The notes under the pieces were generated by a model that made no database searches, was not told the DNA's origin, and worked only from the letters and a program-made list of their open reading frames with translations. Both the position numbers and the translations under genes were made by a program. Positions 51,230 to 64,000 of a DNA stretch of 64,000 nt are shown here, piece by piece. The stretch's first letter is position 1. Each line of letters opens with the position of its first letter. The stretch comes from Phoronis australis (Eukaryota; Animalia; Phoronida), in the NCBI GenBank assembly GCA_002633005.1, contig NMRA01000721.1, positions 117,189-181,188 on the forward strand, read 5' to 3'.

Positions 51230-53949
51230 CTGAGAAGGAATGTTGTAGGGCAAATCACAATCAAGGTCTATATTCTGTGGCCACGTTTGGTGAAAAATGA
51301 ATGATGCCATATAACTTTAAAGACTGGGTTATTTTAAAGTACCATCATTCCAGGTTTGAAATCAAACCTACATGTAGTTTTACGCATGAATCACCGAATA
51401 AAATTTTATGGCCTTATGCATAGCAGCTGTATAAAAGTGTACGTGCACTACAACTTTTGGTCACAGCCTACCTCTCTCATACCAAATTCAAAAGGTATCA
51501 AATAATTTAGTAATTATAAGTACAATAATAACTAATAAAAAATACAGAATACATGTGCATACCAGTCATTCTGTGAAAATAGACACACATTTAAATATAC
51601 ATGTAGGGTTACGTACACTACACAAATGCTAATATTTCACAAATGTATTTGTAATAAAAAACCTTTTAATCTAACATTTTTAAAGAAGGAAATTGTCTGT
51701 AACCAATGTTGCTCACTTACCAAGCAGTTTGTTAATTTCACGGTATTTGTAAACATGGGGATACGTACACTACAAGAGGAGGTAAGTTCTTGTTGTATGG
51801 CATTTTATTTTTTATTTGATGATAATAAGCACCATGTTCCTATTTAAAACGCAATAATTTAATTTGCAATCACCATTTGTGTTACTGATATTCACTTGGG
51901 GGTTTACTTACACTACATTTTGTTAGCCTTTTTGGCACTTTTTCAAACACACCACAACTCAGTCAATATCCAAACTTTCAGTTTTTTAGAAATTAAACAA
52001 TTTATTGTGTTGGCTAGGATAATATATTTTGCAGTTCTTTCATTACAGAGTGTGAACTTTACTTTTTAACTTTATTTATAGTATATTAGGGTTAGAAACA
52101 CAGATTTTACAAATTTCGTAACAAGCTCCTGCTTTAAGATGAACCCTACAATTTCTTAACGATCAGGTACGACTTATATAAGTTAGTCTGAAAGTGACTC
52201 TAGTTATTGAAACAATTGCTTACTTAATAATAACATACATTTTCTATCGTTGACAGCTGAATTTTTAAAATGGCCCCTCGTAACGCTAAAATTATGAAAT
52301 TTATCACCAAAACCTGCATAAATTTCTCGAATACTTTCCGATTTTGTCTATTCCTTTTTTCAATTTGCACAACTAAATAACCATTTGCATATGAGATTCA
52401 GCTAGCGTTTCGTAAATGAACAGGACTTTTATTTTAGCCTGTAACACAGTCGATTCGCAAACATCGACCTCGATTATGATTTTCCAGTGTATACTTGTGG
52501 CATCTTCAAAATTGCACAAAGTCTGCAAAGCCCAGGCATGCAAGACATTTACATGTATTGTGAAAGTGAAGGTAGAATACAGTAGTACTAAAAACGAGTC
52601 ATGAAATCAGAGCTGAGTTGCATTGTTTTACGCGAAAATGCGCTCACAAATCCGTGTTGTAGTCGTACGCCAGTTGCTCAGGCCCTTGTTTTGAACACGT
52701 TTCATGATATGGCGATCTTCCCTAAATATCATAACGGGTATTGTTGCGGAAATTTGACATACCCGTGCGAGAAGTCAGGATGGCTTGCTTGGCCGCGTGT
52801 TGTTGCTGGCTATGACTCGCATTCACAAACTTATAATTGCACTGAATACCATTCGTCGTGAGCAAAGAACAGATAAATTTTGGACAATAAATTTTGCATT
52901 GACCCCTCAGTAAGTCCATTCACAGAATCACTCCAATATTTACCAATGGTTTAATCACTCAACATACATGTAGATGTAAAAATAAAGCATTTGTCAGAAT
53001 AGTGTAACACATGTATGTCGTGTTACCAACTTTGTCTGATGTTCTGCAGTCACTGTTAAGACGTTTAGAGCCGTACAACTGTCCATCTATATCTCCAAAG
53101 TCTAGACGTCCCTTTTCAAAAATGTTCACGTTGCCTGGGGGTTACAGGGTCAAAGCAATTCTCTGCAGCCGTGGTGAACTTGCTCAGCTTTTTACCCAGA
53201 GTAATGAGCTATGTGTTTATAATCATCTTAACAAAGACTTGGCTTGTAAAACTACATTCTGTGTTGACTCAATAGCTCTGCAACCCACGTAAAAGAAAAT
53301 CCGGCTTTTTTCACCGAAACTGTCTATTAAGCTGAGTTTCCATCGCCTATGGTCCAGCCAAAGTTGGCGGAGCAACGTCTATCCAGCGCTTTATGGGTGT
53401 GAGTTCATGTACTTTAAAAATTTATACCGGCGTTTATGAATATTAACTTGTAACACGTTCATTAGGTGATTACGCGGCCTTAACTTCAAATAACCTATAT
53501 TTTGTTATATCAAAACGCAATATGGTGAGAGACTGAGATGGTCCCTGTCGGCAAATACATCAACTACATTTAATGCAGTTGAACGTGTTTCAAACGTTGT
53601 AATTCTTGCGTGGATATTTTCTGTTTTAACTTCGACCACTTTGAGTTATCTTCAGACCAAAATGTATTAACGCGCTTCATAGACCAACCCGGTGGTAAAG
53701 TTTGCATGATCATCTATATCAAAATTCGATTTAAATTCAGTCTAAGTTATGGTCGAAGACAAATGTCCGACTCTGCAGCATTTTCCTCTTTTTTCTTAAT
53801 TTAGACAAAGTTTTGCTTCTGCTCTTTACTCTCGTAGTTCAGTTCTCATGTAACGTTCCCCAGATATTTACACCGAATGTATTTCAGTGTTTCTGAAGAC
53901 TGCCAAATCTTACGATTTCACAGCTGGCGAAAAAAGTGAATGCGAACAT

Positions 53950-54320
53950 ATTTCACCATAGGACGTGCGCGACCAGCTGGGAGAATATTTAGGACCTCTC
54001 ACAACTTCCATCACAAGACGTGTCTCACCAGCTGACAGTTGTGTAGAATCTCATAACTTTCACCAGATGGCGTGCTTGACCAGCTGAGGTTAATGCAGAA
54101 TGCCACAACTGATATCCTAAAACGTGCACGACCAGCTGAGAGTTATGTATATATAACCTCACAACTTCCATCACTGGACGTACACGACCAGCTTTTTGTG
54201 TAGAATCTCGCAATTTTCACCACAGGACGTGTATGACCAATTCCGAATTTTGTAGAATCTTACAATTCCCAGCATAAGACATGAGCAACCAAAAGAGAGT
54301 TGTGTAGAGTCCCACCAAGT
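53950..54320. repeat. Degenerate ~53-bp tandem repeat, ~7 copies
   Basis: accagct core at 53972, 54027, 54079, 54131 and 54187, with gtagaatctc and acaacttccatcac motifs. Confidence 0.75.
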
Positions 54321-55212
54321 CTTCGTTTGTGGTCGACAAGCTCCTTAACTGGTTACACTTGGTTATCTCTGCTGCGAATTCACCGAGCACATTTAAATAG
54401 ACCGTAACTTATATGATTGAAGAAAGCTAGTAAGTTGTTAAATTGCTCATTAGTTGCCATGCGATAAGTTGAAATGTGGTTTCCACATTTTTTTGAACTT
54501 AACTTTGATGCAGGTCACGTGGGCTTAACAATCAGAAGTCTATGATGCATCTCCTGCAATGAAAAATTAAAGTTTTGCCCAATTCAAAAATTCAAAAAAG
54601 ATCTAAGATGTATATGCCTAATTAAAATTTTAAGTCTCCAAAAACGTTACGGTGCTTTAAGATGGCATCAATGAAATAGAATTTTGAAATATTCTTAATA
54701 TGCGAACATTGTCGAGTCTTGCAAAAGTAACGACCCAATGTTTTATAAAAAATGGAATTTACTTAATCTTACAAAGTTTTTCGGACTCAATTATTTGATA
54801 CACGATCCCAGATGGTTTATACACAATGTAAACCTTCAAACCCACATAAACGCATTGAACAGTTTAAATTTTCCAGGGAAGATACACAGTGGTGTGAGCA
54901 TTTAAATTTCCCTGATATTTTAAAAACAAGCTCAAGTATTAAATGAAATAAGCATTATTCACATCATTCCAGTTCGAAAACAACGCAGTTAGAATTTTTT
55001 ACATTTTCCTTCGGCCCCAATACTACTCTAGCATTTGTTCCTAATAATACTATTAAAGATCATCTTCAGCTTAGCCAAAATTACCACTTTCGTAAACATC
55101 TTATGGTAGCGGATCAGATAATTTTGTCCGGTGGTTAATAATAAGTTTACCTTCATTTTATTCCTTTAAACGTTGCCTCTCTATATTTGGTTTCGTCTTT
55201 CTTTTGCATTAG

Positions 55213-55512
55213 GTGAGGACACATGCTGTTCTTAGTAAACTAACAGTTGAATGGGATGACGGTTTCAAGGAACCCCATCAGCGTAACATGTTACGATATG
55301 CAGACATAGCAACACAAGTCCAGGATAATAGTTACAGCGGTGAACTGATTCCTTTTGAGGTGGGGTGTCGAGACTGTCCGTCTTCATCTTTGTGGAGGTT
55401 CCTGAAGGTCGCTTGTGTGAACCATTCCAGCAAGGTGATCAGAGTGTGTGGACAGAAGGCTGTAGAGGGCAGCACATGGATTATGCGGGAGAATATGTCC
55501 AATATTTATTAA
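55213..55512 (+). mobile_element. 3' fragment of an RLE-type non-LTR retrotransposon (HERO/NeSL-like restriction-like endonuclease C-terminus)
   Basis: KLTVEWDD...HQRNMLRYADI...PFEVGCR...SLWRFL...AVEGSTWI resembles ELTVPWE..AHERK..KY..L...PIEVGCRG...AE..S.WIW. Confidence 0.75.
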
Positions 55513-57659
55513 CATGGACTTAGGACTTCATCGCCAGCTGCAATGCAGATACATCGACCAGATGTTGGTGGCCAAACGTGTGAAGAGATTATGAGCTTAA
55601 TGGACCGAAATCTTGAGGAATCACGGCGTTCAGCTAATGATTGCAGTTGGCTGTGGAGCACAACCATCTATCTTTGTGTATTTAATCATTCTCTTCCATT
55701 CACAATTGCAAATGGTCGTGCTGCAAAGAGTGTCACACAATTTCAACAGCATGATTACTAATTGTATGGTCGAACCGCGCATGTCATTTAAAATGAAAAA
55801 ATATACTGTACAGTTGCGTGTATTCTATGGTGAGAGCTCTGTTAAAGGAACACAGACAAAAATGTTGCTAAGCTTCATAACACAATAAACCAAGCATACA
55901 TGTACATATTCTCATTGTGTCCACTACACCTGTTATGTACAGACAATGCAACAATGCAGCCTGTAGGTGTTCACAACATCAAATTCACATACACCTGTAT
56001 ACAAATGTAAATTTAAAAACAGCTCTACCGACTTTGCGTGTGCAAAACAACATACTAATTTGGAAGCGACGTGGTTATCACGCAAAATGTGACTTCTACA
56101 GACATTGCATTTACAAGAACCACACCAGTACTCTGTGTTCATATCGATGACACGTGACCAACGACGGCTTTGCAGAGTCACCCAATATACTGCCTGCACA
56201 CACAGTCCTGACACAAACGGACTGAAATCCCAGACACTTCTGTACCGAGTTTAATCAGATAATTCTTCTACATCCAGTTCTGACCTGCACTAGCGCATAT
56301 CATTGACAAGTGCATATTGAGTTACACGCACATGTAATACCTACATCAGTCATGTTTACATATATTTTGAGTTAATTAAGGTATCTGCTGCACACCCAGT
56401 CCTGGTCTGCATGATTTTGAGTTGGGGTTAGGGGGCATTTCAATGTATTATCCAGGAATTTGCACGTCAGACATGTGCAATCCCCTAATGCCAAATCGAA
56501 CAGAGGGGATTTCAAGAAGGCCATGACCCCTCACCCCACTTATACCCCCCCCCACACTGACAGTGTGTTATCCAATTTCTTTTAGCACTATCTTCAGTAA
56601 ATGGTGTACATGTTCGCATTTTGCACATTTCTTTGGACTATATTTTTACCATTTACAATTTCCGTACTTGACCGGGTTAAAATGGGAATCTAAAATAGAG
56701 GGGGTGGGCATTAAGCTGAGCATGGGCGGTTAAAATCGAAATTTTTGAAAAGTCAAGAGTGGGTGCTTACTGCATATAGGACCGATTTCACCCTCACGGA
56801 ACTACAATAACGTCGGACGTAAAAATAGCAGTTCAAATGTACGTCAGCGGATTGAAGTAACTGACTTCGACTTTCTGAAGTGGAATAGCGCACGTGCACG
56901 ACAGAGTGGCGCCATGATCCCGAGCGTGATTGGGATTTTTATGTACCTCCGTCGCTGCTCGTCGTCTCTTAAAACTTAGGTATTCCTACATGAAGGAGTG
57001 TGTTCAGTAAGACAAGTTTCTTGAGAGAAAAGACAGATCATGCAAAACTCCGCTAGTGCGCTTCGTATTTATAAGGCAGGCTCCTGATTTTCGATTTGCT
57101 ACCTGCTAGACAATCTGTCAACCAAAGCACGTGCTAATGATTGACAGGTTTCGGTCCTTTTAAGAAAATTAAAATTCTTTAAACCTAGTTTGAAAATAAT
57201 GACGTACCTGATTGCAAAAACACCTGCTTTACCTTGATCAGCGGTGGGACTATTCCCATAGAAGACGTATACGGAACAATGCCATCTGATCTATAGCGGT
57301 TGCCACCATATACCCGCCCCAGGTCCTGTGCCTCAAATTTCCCTCCCCGACACTAATCCCCAAACCGATCTGTGCCTGATTGCCGCCCACTCTCGCACCC
57401 TGTTTCTTCGGGCTCGGCAACTCTGATAGACAGCTGGCTTCGTTCACGAGGCACGCACTCTGTGGACAGTGACAGTTATGAAAAACTCTTCAAGACATTA
57501 ACATAAAATTAACTTGGAAGAGGACATATCCCTGAGTGGACTTAAGTTCACCCTACCCTCCGTCATCCACGTGCACATTACGTTTTGCAGTCCCAATTCA
57601 GGTTACGTGTTGCCCCGACACTGTCTCTCGCAGGGTGTGCACATTCTCTAAAATTACTC

Positions 57660-58230
57660 TCTGTCGCAGGGTTTTGTCATCCTCTAGGTTTACTGTCTGT
57701 CGCAGGGTTTGGCCATCCTCTAGATTTACTGCCTGCCGCAGGGTTTGGTCATCCTCTAGATTTACTGCCTGTGGCAGTTTTTGGTCATCCTCTAGATTTA
57801 CTGCCTTTCGCAGGGTTTGGTCATCCTCTAGATTTACTGCCTGCCGCAGGGTTTGGTCATCCTCTAGATTTACTGACTGCCGCAGGTTTGATCATCCTCT
57901 AGATTTATTGACTTTCGCAGGGTTTGGTCCTCCTCTAGATTTACTGTCTGCCACAGAGTTTGGTCATCCTCTAGATTTACTGCCTTTCGCAGGGTTTGGT
58001 CATCCTCTAGATTTACTGTCTGTCGCAGGGTTTTTCGTACTCTTCATTTGCTGTCTGTGGTAGGGTTTGGTCATATCCTAGATTTACTGCCTGTCGCAGG
58101 ATTTCGTCATCCTCTAGGTTTACTGCCTGCCGCAGGGTTTACTCATCAACTATATTTACTGTCTGTCTGTCGCATGGTTTGATCATCCTCTAGGTTTAAA
58201 GTCTGTTTGTTGGTTTGTTCATCATCTAGA
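57660..58230. repeat. 36-bp minisatellite, ~15 copies
   Basis: Unit gcagggtttggtcatcctctagatttactgcctgcc; produces the 12-aa periodic ORFs. Confidence 0.95.
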
Positions 58231-58460
58231 CGTACAGTAGATCCACCACAGTTAATAAAAGGAATTTTGCATCGCAATTTTCAATAGGAAGTTTTAACGT
58301 TTTAGATTGCTCAGAATATTTCAATACTTCTCACCGATTGTGTTGGAGGTCATTTCGAAAGATATCAACTTATATTTTTACCAATTTCCAAGATTATTTT
58401 ATCGTTATAATGTTTCCACAGAGAAAACAAAAAGTAAAGTGACAGTATATAACGACTTAC

Positions 58461-58525
58461 ATGTATGCCATCTGTGTTAATTTCTGATCTATTTCCACTT
58501 TTGTGTCTCTGATAGTTCGTTGCAT
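58461..58525 (-). CDS. Candidate internal exon (MQRTIRDTKVEIDQKLTQMAY), helical/coiled-coil-like
   Basis: Strong acceptor ttttattccttgcag, donor gtaagt. It ends in phase 2, compatible with the exon at 51229. No recognisable domain. Confidence 0.45.
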
Positions 58526-61500
58526 CTGCAAGGAATAAAACTCATCGTCGGGTTTACTTGGTTCGGTAAGTTGGATAACGAAGACCGTGCAACAGGAACC
58601 GCAGTTGATGGGTTACAACTAGCGTTATACAAGTGAATCTGAACCTTTGGGAAATGCCAAGGAAACGGTGTTATTGTAGAGTAAACTTGTCACATTTAAA
58701 GCATTTCCGTACCACAAATATGAAGTATTCGGGGGCGGAAATGATGTTATTGGATTGTTGACGGCTTGAAATTCCCCTTAAAATTACTTTGAAAACACTG
58801 AAATTACGTTAAATGTGCAAAGTTTGTTGTTCTTCCTGGCCCCTGTGTACTTTGGAACATCTTCTTTATCAGTCAGATCTCATACATCAGTAAGAACAGT
58901 TTTTTATAACAAAATAGGTTCTAAATATTCGTTTGAAAATTGAAATCTTGCGTGAAAACATGTGTGACATAAAAACACGAGTTCCCAAACCCGCTTGAAG
59001 TTAAAAATGTCCTTTCATTCAGAGAGTCGCCATAATATTCCATCAAAGATGTGTCCATAGATGCCATAGAAAAAAGAAGGAAATCGTGATTTTGACCTTG
59101 AAAGAATTGTGTATCTGCGTGCATACGGCCGTTGAGAATGGATGCACCAAAATAGAGTCGCTGTGACCGTGTTTGAATTAGTGTTGGCGAATACAGCAAG
59201 CTGTGAAAAAATTATAGCTCCACAAAATCCGTGAGTTTCATCACCAGTTTGACGTTTCGCTGTATCCATCTCGCGCGCAGTATTTCTAGTTTTCATTTTG
59301 TGGTTGGTTTCATGATGTCTGATGAAAATGGCATTTTAAGCCAGTGCGCTAATATCGTACAGCTGTTACGATTATGTGTATATTTTGGGGAACGTTTTAT
59401 GCAGTTATTGCACAGACAAAGTTTAAGAAAGGGCCATCATCGTGAAATTGATTGTTAGAAGTAGTGTTAGGTTTGAACATTTTGATATCGTGAAGTAAAC
59501 ACTAATTTTTGTTTTTCAGCAAATGTACTTGTTGTCGCCTTCTATTTTGGTTATTCAAGGCTAATAGAAACGTCGCAATTTGTTTTATCACTATTTTGTG
59601 GACATCAACTTCATTTGAACTCAGGAGCACGAGTTATCGAAAACCGTTCGCTGTACTTTATTATAACTTTGCAGTCAATCTCAAATACTCCGTTTGTATT
59701 TTTATTTTCATAAGTTTACTGAAATGTTAGATAGACAAACACGTCCGCTGTTTTTAACAAAACGCCTAAACTAGCGTTACATTTTAAAAGTTAATTTGGG
59801 GATTGGAACTTAACTATATAACTAATCGAATTAATAACAACGTTTGAGAGAGGCATCTGTAAGTTTTTAGTAAAATGTTTCATTAAAATCGAAGGTATTT
59901 GTGATATGAATGTATCTTCATTAATCATGAAAAGTTGACTTACATGTAAAACTAGTGTCCATGTTATGATAACAATGACTCGTAAGTATCAAATATTTTT
60001 TTATAATCCTTGATCGTTCTTTTTTCAGAAATTATACGTATTTACTGGTTGACGTGACGTTAATATTCTTGTATTTGACTTTCAAATAACTTTCTTCAAT
60101 TAGGTCCGACATAATCTTACGTGAAGTCGTAAATCTGAGGATAACTTACATGTATGTATCAGTTATTTGAATACACATTCTGACTTGAACAAACTCTCTC
60201 TACGCTTCACTTGTGTCAGACTTTCTATCCAATTATTCATTGCGTCATCAACAAAGTAGTTGTCATATGTAGATGATTATTGGAAAAAACGTCATAAATA
60301 AATGTCATCTGGTTTCCCTTCACAACTTTTTAGTCTTATTTTGGTAGAAAAACAACAATTTATGCCTTCCATATCTGCTGAAGATCAAAGCATGAATAAA
60401 CTACATGTACGTGATTAGAGACCTGAGGTCACGCTGAACTTGTTACAAGAAAACAAATAATTGTGACTGAACTTTAAACGTTTGAAAACAAACAAATGCT
60501 GTTTTGTTATGCTAATGACAAATCTGGAACTCGTTTTAAAAAGGTGATGTGCTGTATTGTTTACCGCCCGCCGACAGCTTACAGCCTGTAGGTTTGATCA
60601 ATGTGGCAGTTTGTCAGCGTTGCGGCGTTTAGCCGTACTGTTAACAAGTCACCTAACATTATTACATTGTACATAGATGCAACCCACCACATAATCGATA
60701 CCCTTCGGACTGAGTGTTGGGTCTGTTATGGGTATACGCAGGGACATCTGCCTGACGTGAAGTTGTTAAAGCCGGTAATTTATGTTGTATCCATTTTAAA
60801 AATGAACCTGAGACTGGAAGTAGGCAAAATAAATCATTTATTACGACTGAGTAAAATACAGATTAACAAATAATGATAAATTATTATCATTATTAATACA
60901 TTTACAATAGTTGGAATGCTGTTCAACAAATATGTTAAAAATAAGAGTGTAAGAGGTACTAAGTGGGTCAAACATTACAATTATTGATCATCAAAATGAT
61001 TGTGGAAATATGCATGCGCGGAGTGATACAGCAACCCTGCACAGCGGAGCAAAAACGAAAAAGGGCTAACAGGTAACAGACAGTACAACAAAAATATTTA
61101 AGAAGTAAAATATAATATATGTTCACCATATGTCCCAAGCTCTGCTTCCACTAAGTGGAGTGCACGTTGGCGGACTAGATTAGATCATTTTAACATGAGG
61201 ACTGAGGACAAAATATTCTGCAATACCCTCAAATGCCACTCTCCGTGGTCTCTGCTTGAATTATTGCGAGCAGAAAATCCTGATCGTTATTGTTTTAAAG
61301 TTTACATTCAACTACTATTTGTTAAACGTCTTACAATAGAGGGCGCAGCTGGGGTTAGGGTAGTCCATGAGCTGGTCTGCACAATTTACCCATATTTTGT
61401 TACAACATTTAAGCCATTCAAATATATTTTATGAATAATGATGGGGCAAATGTTTATCCCTTTCAGATATATAACTGCAGTTCATTCATATTGCGAAATG

Positions 61501-61547
61501 TTATAGACCAGAGATGATCAACAAATTGTGATATTAATGAACTTAGT

Positions 61548-61705
61548 CATTGTGGAAGGAATCAAATGCTTTAAGCCTTTCACGGATTTGATCATAAACG
61601 GTGGCTTTGTGGAAAGGTTCAACTCTCTGGAGCCTTTCGTGAATATTGTGGAGGAGTTCAACTCAATGAATACTGTGGAAGGATTCAACTCATTGGAGCC
61701 TTTTA
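61548..61705. repeat. Short degenerate tandem repeat (tgtggaagg..tcaactc..ggagccttt)
   Basis: Four imperfect copies of the tgtgga(a/g)g...tcaa motif. Confidence 0.6.
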
Positions 61706-62719
61706 AACGATGTCAAAGTGGATTTGAGAAGTGTACATTTGAAACAGTAAATCGAGATCCTACTACATGTATGCGCTTCAACTAAAATACATGTGCAACT
61801 GAATGAAAAACGGTACTAATTGATTATCACCGCGCTGTAAACATCAGTCGAAGGTTGAAGGAGCTGCATCATGTTCAGCTTCAAAACATTTCAGCTAGAT
61901 ACGAACAGGTTTTTAGACGCAGATTCATGTGGAGTTCAATGTCACTGACTGGATCGGGACTTCAAGGGGATGCGTGATGTCAAGTGTGACGTTGATCGTC
62001 CACTGTATGGTCGTTGTCCCCTGATCAGAGCAACACAGAGAACGTCAGGTCAAGCTGGGACTGATGCCAGTGGTTGGGAGGTTTATACACCTGAAAAGTT
62101 GAACAACACGTTTAGCAAAATGGATTTATTAACTCAACTGTTGCCTAACGCAAACTTAGCATTTGCTAACGATTTTCTAATTCACAAACAACTATGGCTC
62201 CTTTGGTGTATCGGAAACCATCCGAGAACCGGTGACCATTTTAATTAAGAGAAAGTCTTGTTAGGTGAATGATAATATTTCATGAGCACCCTAATGAAAC
62301 AAGGCACTGTTTTTAGTATTTGTTTATTTCACTATCAGATAACAACTACGTGATAATTGGAATTACTACAGTGTTTTATAGATGTTCACTTCTGTTCGCA
62401 AATGCATCAGTTTTAGCGCTTTTCTCTAAACTCATCGTACTTGTACACACAGTTCTCTTATAAGTCACTAGATGTTGATATCTCAAATAAAATGATGAGA
62501 AATAGCATCTTTAACAACCGGCATTACTTCTTTTTCAAAACCATAATAACAGAGCTCTTCACATAAAGCTAGTACATCTGTACACGTGGCAGCTGAGTGT
62601 TCACAGGAAGTAGGTCAACATTATCTCTCATACCAAGTGCACTTATTCCAAGTGACAGTTACATCTATACACGTGGCAGCGAGTGTTCACAGGAAGAAAG
62701 TCAACATTATCTCTCATAC

Positions 62720-62892
62720 CAAGTGCACTTATATCACGTGCCAGTTCTTCCACTCGTCTCTTAATTCCGTTCAGATTGAGCAGGTCCAGCATATCGATTA
62801 ACTTGCTATAATCCCCAACTGCAATGACCGCTTGTCTCTCAAGCTGGTTGAGAAGTTCTCTAGTGTTTGTTATGTTCTGCAGTATTGCTGGT
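62720..62892 (-). CDS. Exon encoding the C-terminal two-thirds of a death effector domain (DED)-like fold
   Basis: Acceptor tgcttttttgttttcag, donor gtatga, 173 nt (phase 2 to phase 1). It reads PAILQNITNTRELLNQLERQAVIAVGDYSKLIDMLDLLNLNGIKRRVEELARDISAL, whose hydrophobic spacing (I....L...LE....I...D...L..ML..LN) aligns without gaps to the caspase-8/FADD-type DED pattern as recalled. Confidence 0.72.
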
Positions 62893-64000
62893 CTGAAAAC
62901 AAAAAAGCATTCACAAACACTTCAATCTAAAATCCCGCCTGCTCAAATAACTCTGAGTAAAGATTGCACATCACAATACCTAAACACTTTCAATGACACG
63001 AAGCAGAATGATACATAATGTCTCAGTTGAGTTTGCACTTAATGATCTTAGTTTGAGTTTCGACGTTAAGTCCCAAGTTTTCATTCGAGGTTATAGCTCG
63101 ATTCCAGGGTCCATCAGACGCAAAGGTAGGAATGTAATACCATTTTTTTACAAATCGAACTGAACTCAGGCACATAATAATTTATATTTACTTTACCGGA
63201 GCTCACACAAAAGGAGAACAGAAAATTCAATTTTTCAAATCTTACTTCGAGTACTAGAACGTTTAGATCTCAACATGAGAACTTTNAGGTGATGTGCTGT
63301 ATTGTTTACCGCCCGCCGACAGCTTACAGCCTGTAGGTTTGATCAATGTGGCAGTTTGTCAGTCGTACTGTTAACAAGTCACCTAGCAATCCTACATTGT
63401 ACATAGATGCAACCCACCACATAATCGATACCCTTTAGACTGAGTGTTGGGTCTGTTATGGGTGTACGCAGGGACATCTGCCTGACGTGAAGTTGTTAAA
63501 GCCGGCAGTTTATGTTGTATCCATTTTATCCATGAACCTGAGACTGGAAGTAGGCAAAATAAATCATTTATTACGACTGCGTAAAAGTACAGATTAACAA
63601 ATAATGATAAATCATTATCATTATTAATACATTTACAATAGTTGGAATGCTGTTCAACAAATATGTTAGAATAAGACTGTAAGAGATAGTAAGTGGGTCA
63701 AACATTACAATTATTGATCATCAAAATGATTGTGGAAATATGCGTGCGCGGCGCGATACAGCAACCCTGCACAGCGGAGCAAAAACGAAAAAGGGCTAAC
63801 AGGTAACAGACGGTAAAACAAAAATATTTAAGAAGTAAAATATAATATATGTTCACCATATGTCCCAAGCTCTGCTCCCACTAAGTAGAGTGCACGTTGG
63901 CGGACTAGATTAGATCGTTTTAACAGGACTGAGGACAAAATATTCTGCAATACCCTCAAATGCCACTCTCCGTGGTCTCTGCTTGAATTATTGCGAGCAG

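Larger units (their letters stand above)
60542..64000. repeat. Near-identical duplication: 63287-64000 repeats 60542-61272 (likely allelic contig overlap)
   Basis: The second copy starts exactly after the single n at 63286 (aggtgatgtgctgtattgtttaccgcccgcc) and differs only by SNPs and small indels. Confidence 0.9.

Noticed and set aside
57536-58063. 175-aa and 105-aa periodic ORFs (RRVWSSSRFTAC / GFGHPLDLLP)
   Set aside because: By-product of a 36-bp minisatellite. Later units contain frameshifting indels, and there is no splice or start evidence.

Overview
AT-rich eukaryotic draft-assembly DNA with two N-gaps (6682-7173, 42224-42776) and a single-N contig join at 63286. The repeat content suggests a marine invertebrate, but that is inference. 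Almost all listed ORFs are spurious; the real coding signal is spliced and on the minus strand. (1) A >=40 kb ankyrin-repeat gene has nine GT-AG exons (ATG at 40812 down to 1090, continuing out of the window), all phase 0, joining into a 265-aa open frame. Its core is a recently amplified tandem array of ~460-bp exon+intron cassettes (16925-18900). The four 99-nt exons differ only by amino-acid-changing substitutions, concentrated at the ankyrin target-contact positions, while the flanking introns are nearly identical. This looks like a natural, diversifying 'DARPin-like' recognition module and is the main finding. (2) A death-effector-domain-like exon (62720-62892) and candidate downstream exons lie upstream on the same strand. 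The rest is transposon debris and repeats: a deleted Gypsy element whose LTR sits ~240 bp upstream of the ankyrin ATG, a Kolobok-like element with a THAP remnant, a second THAP pseudogene, a tRNA-SINE with TSD, MITEs, long inverted repeats, LINE fragments, minisatellites and local duplications. All coordinates and translations were read by eye; no database search was possible.
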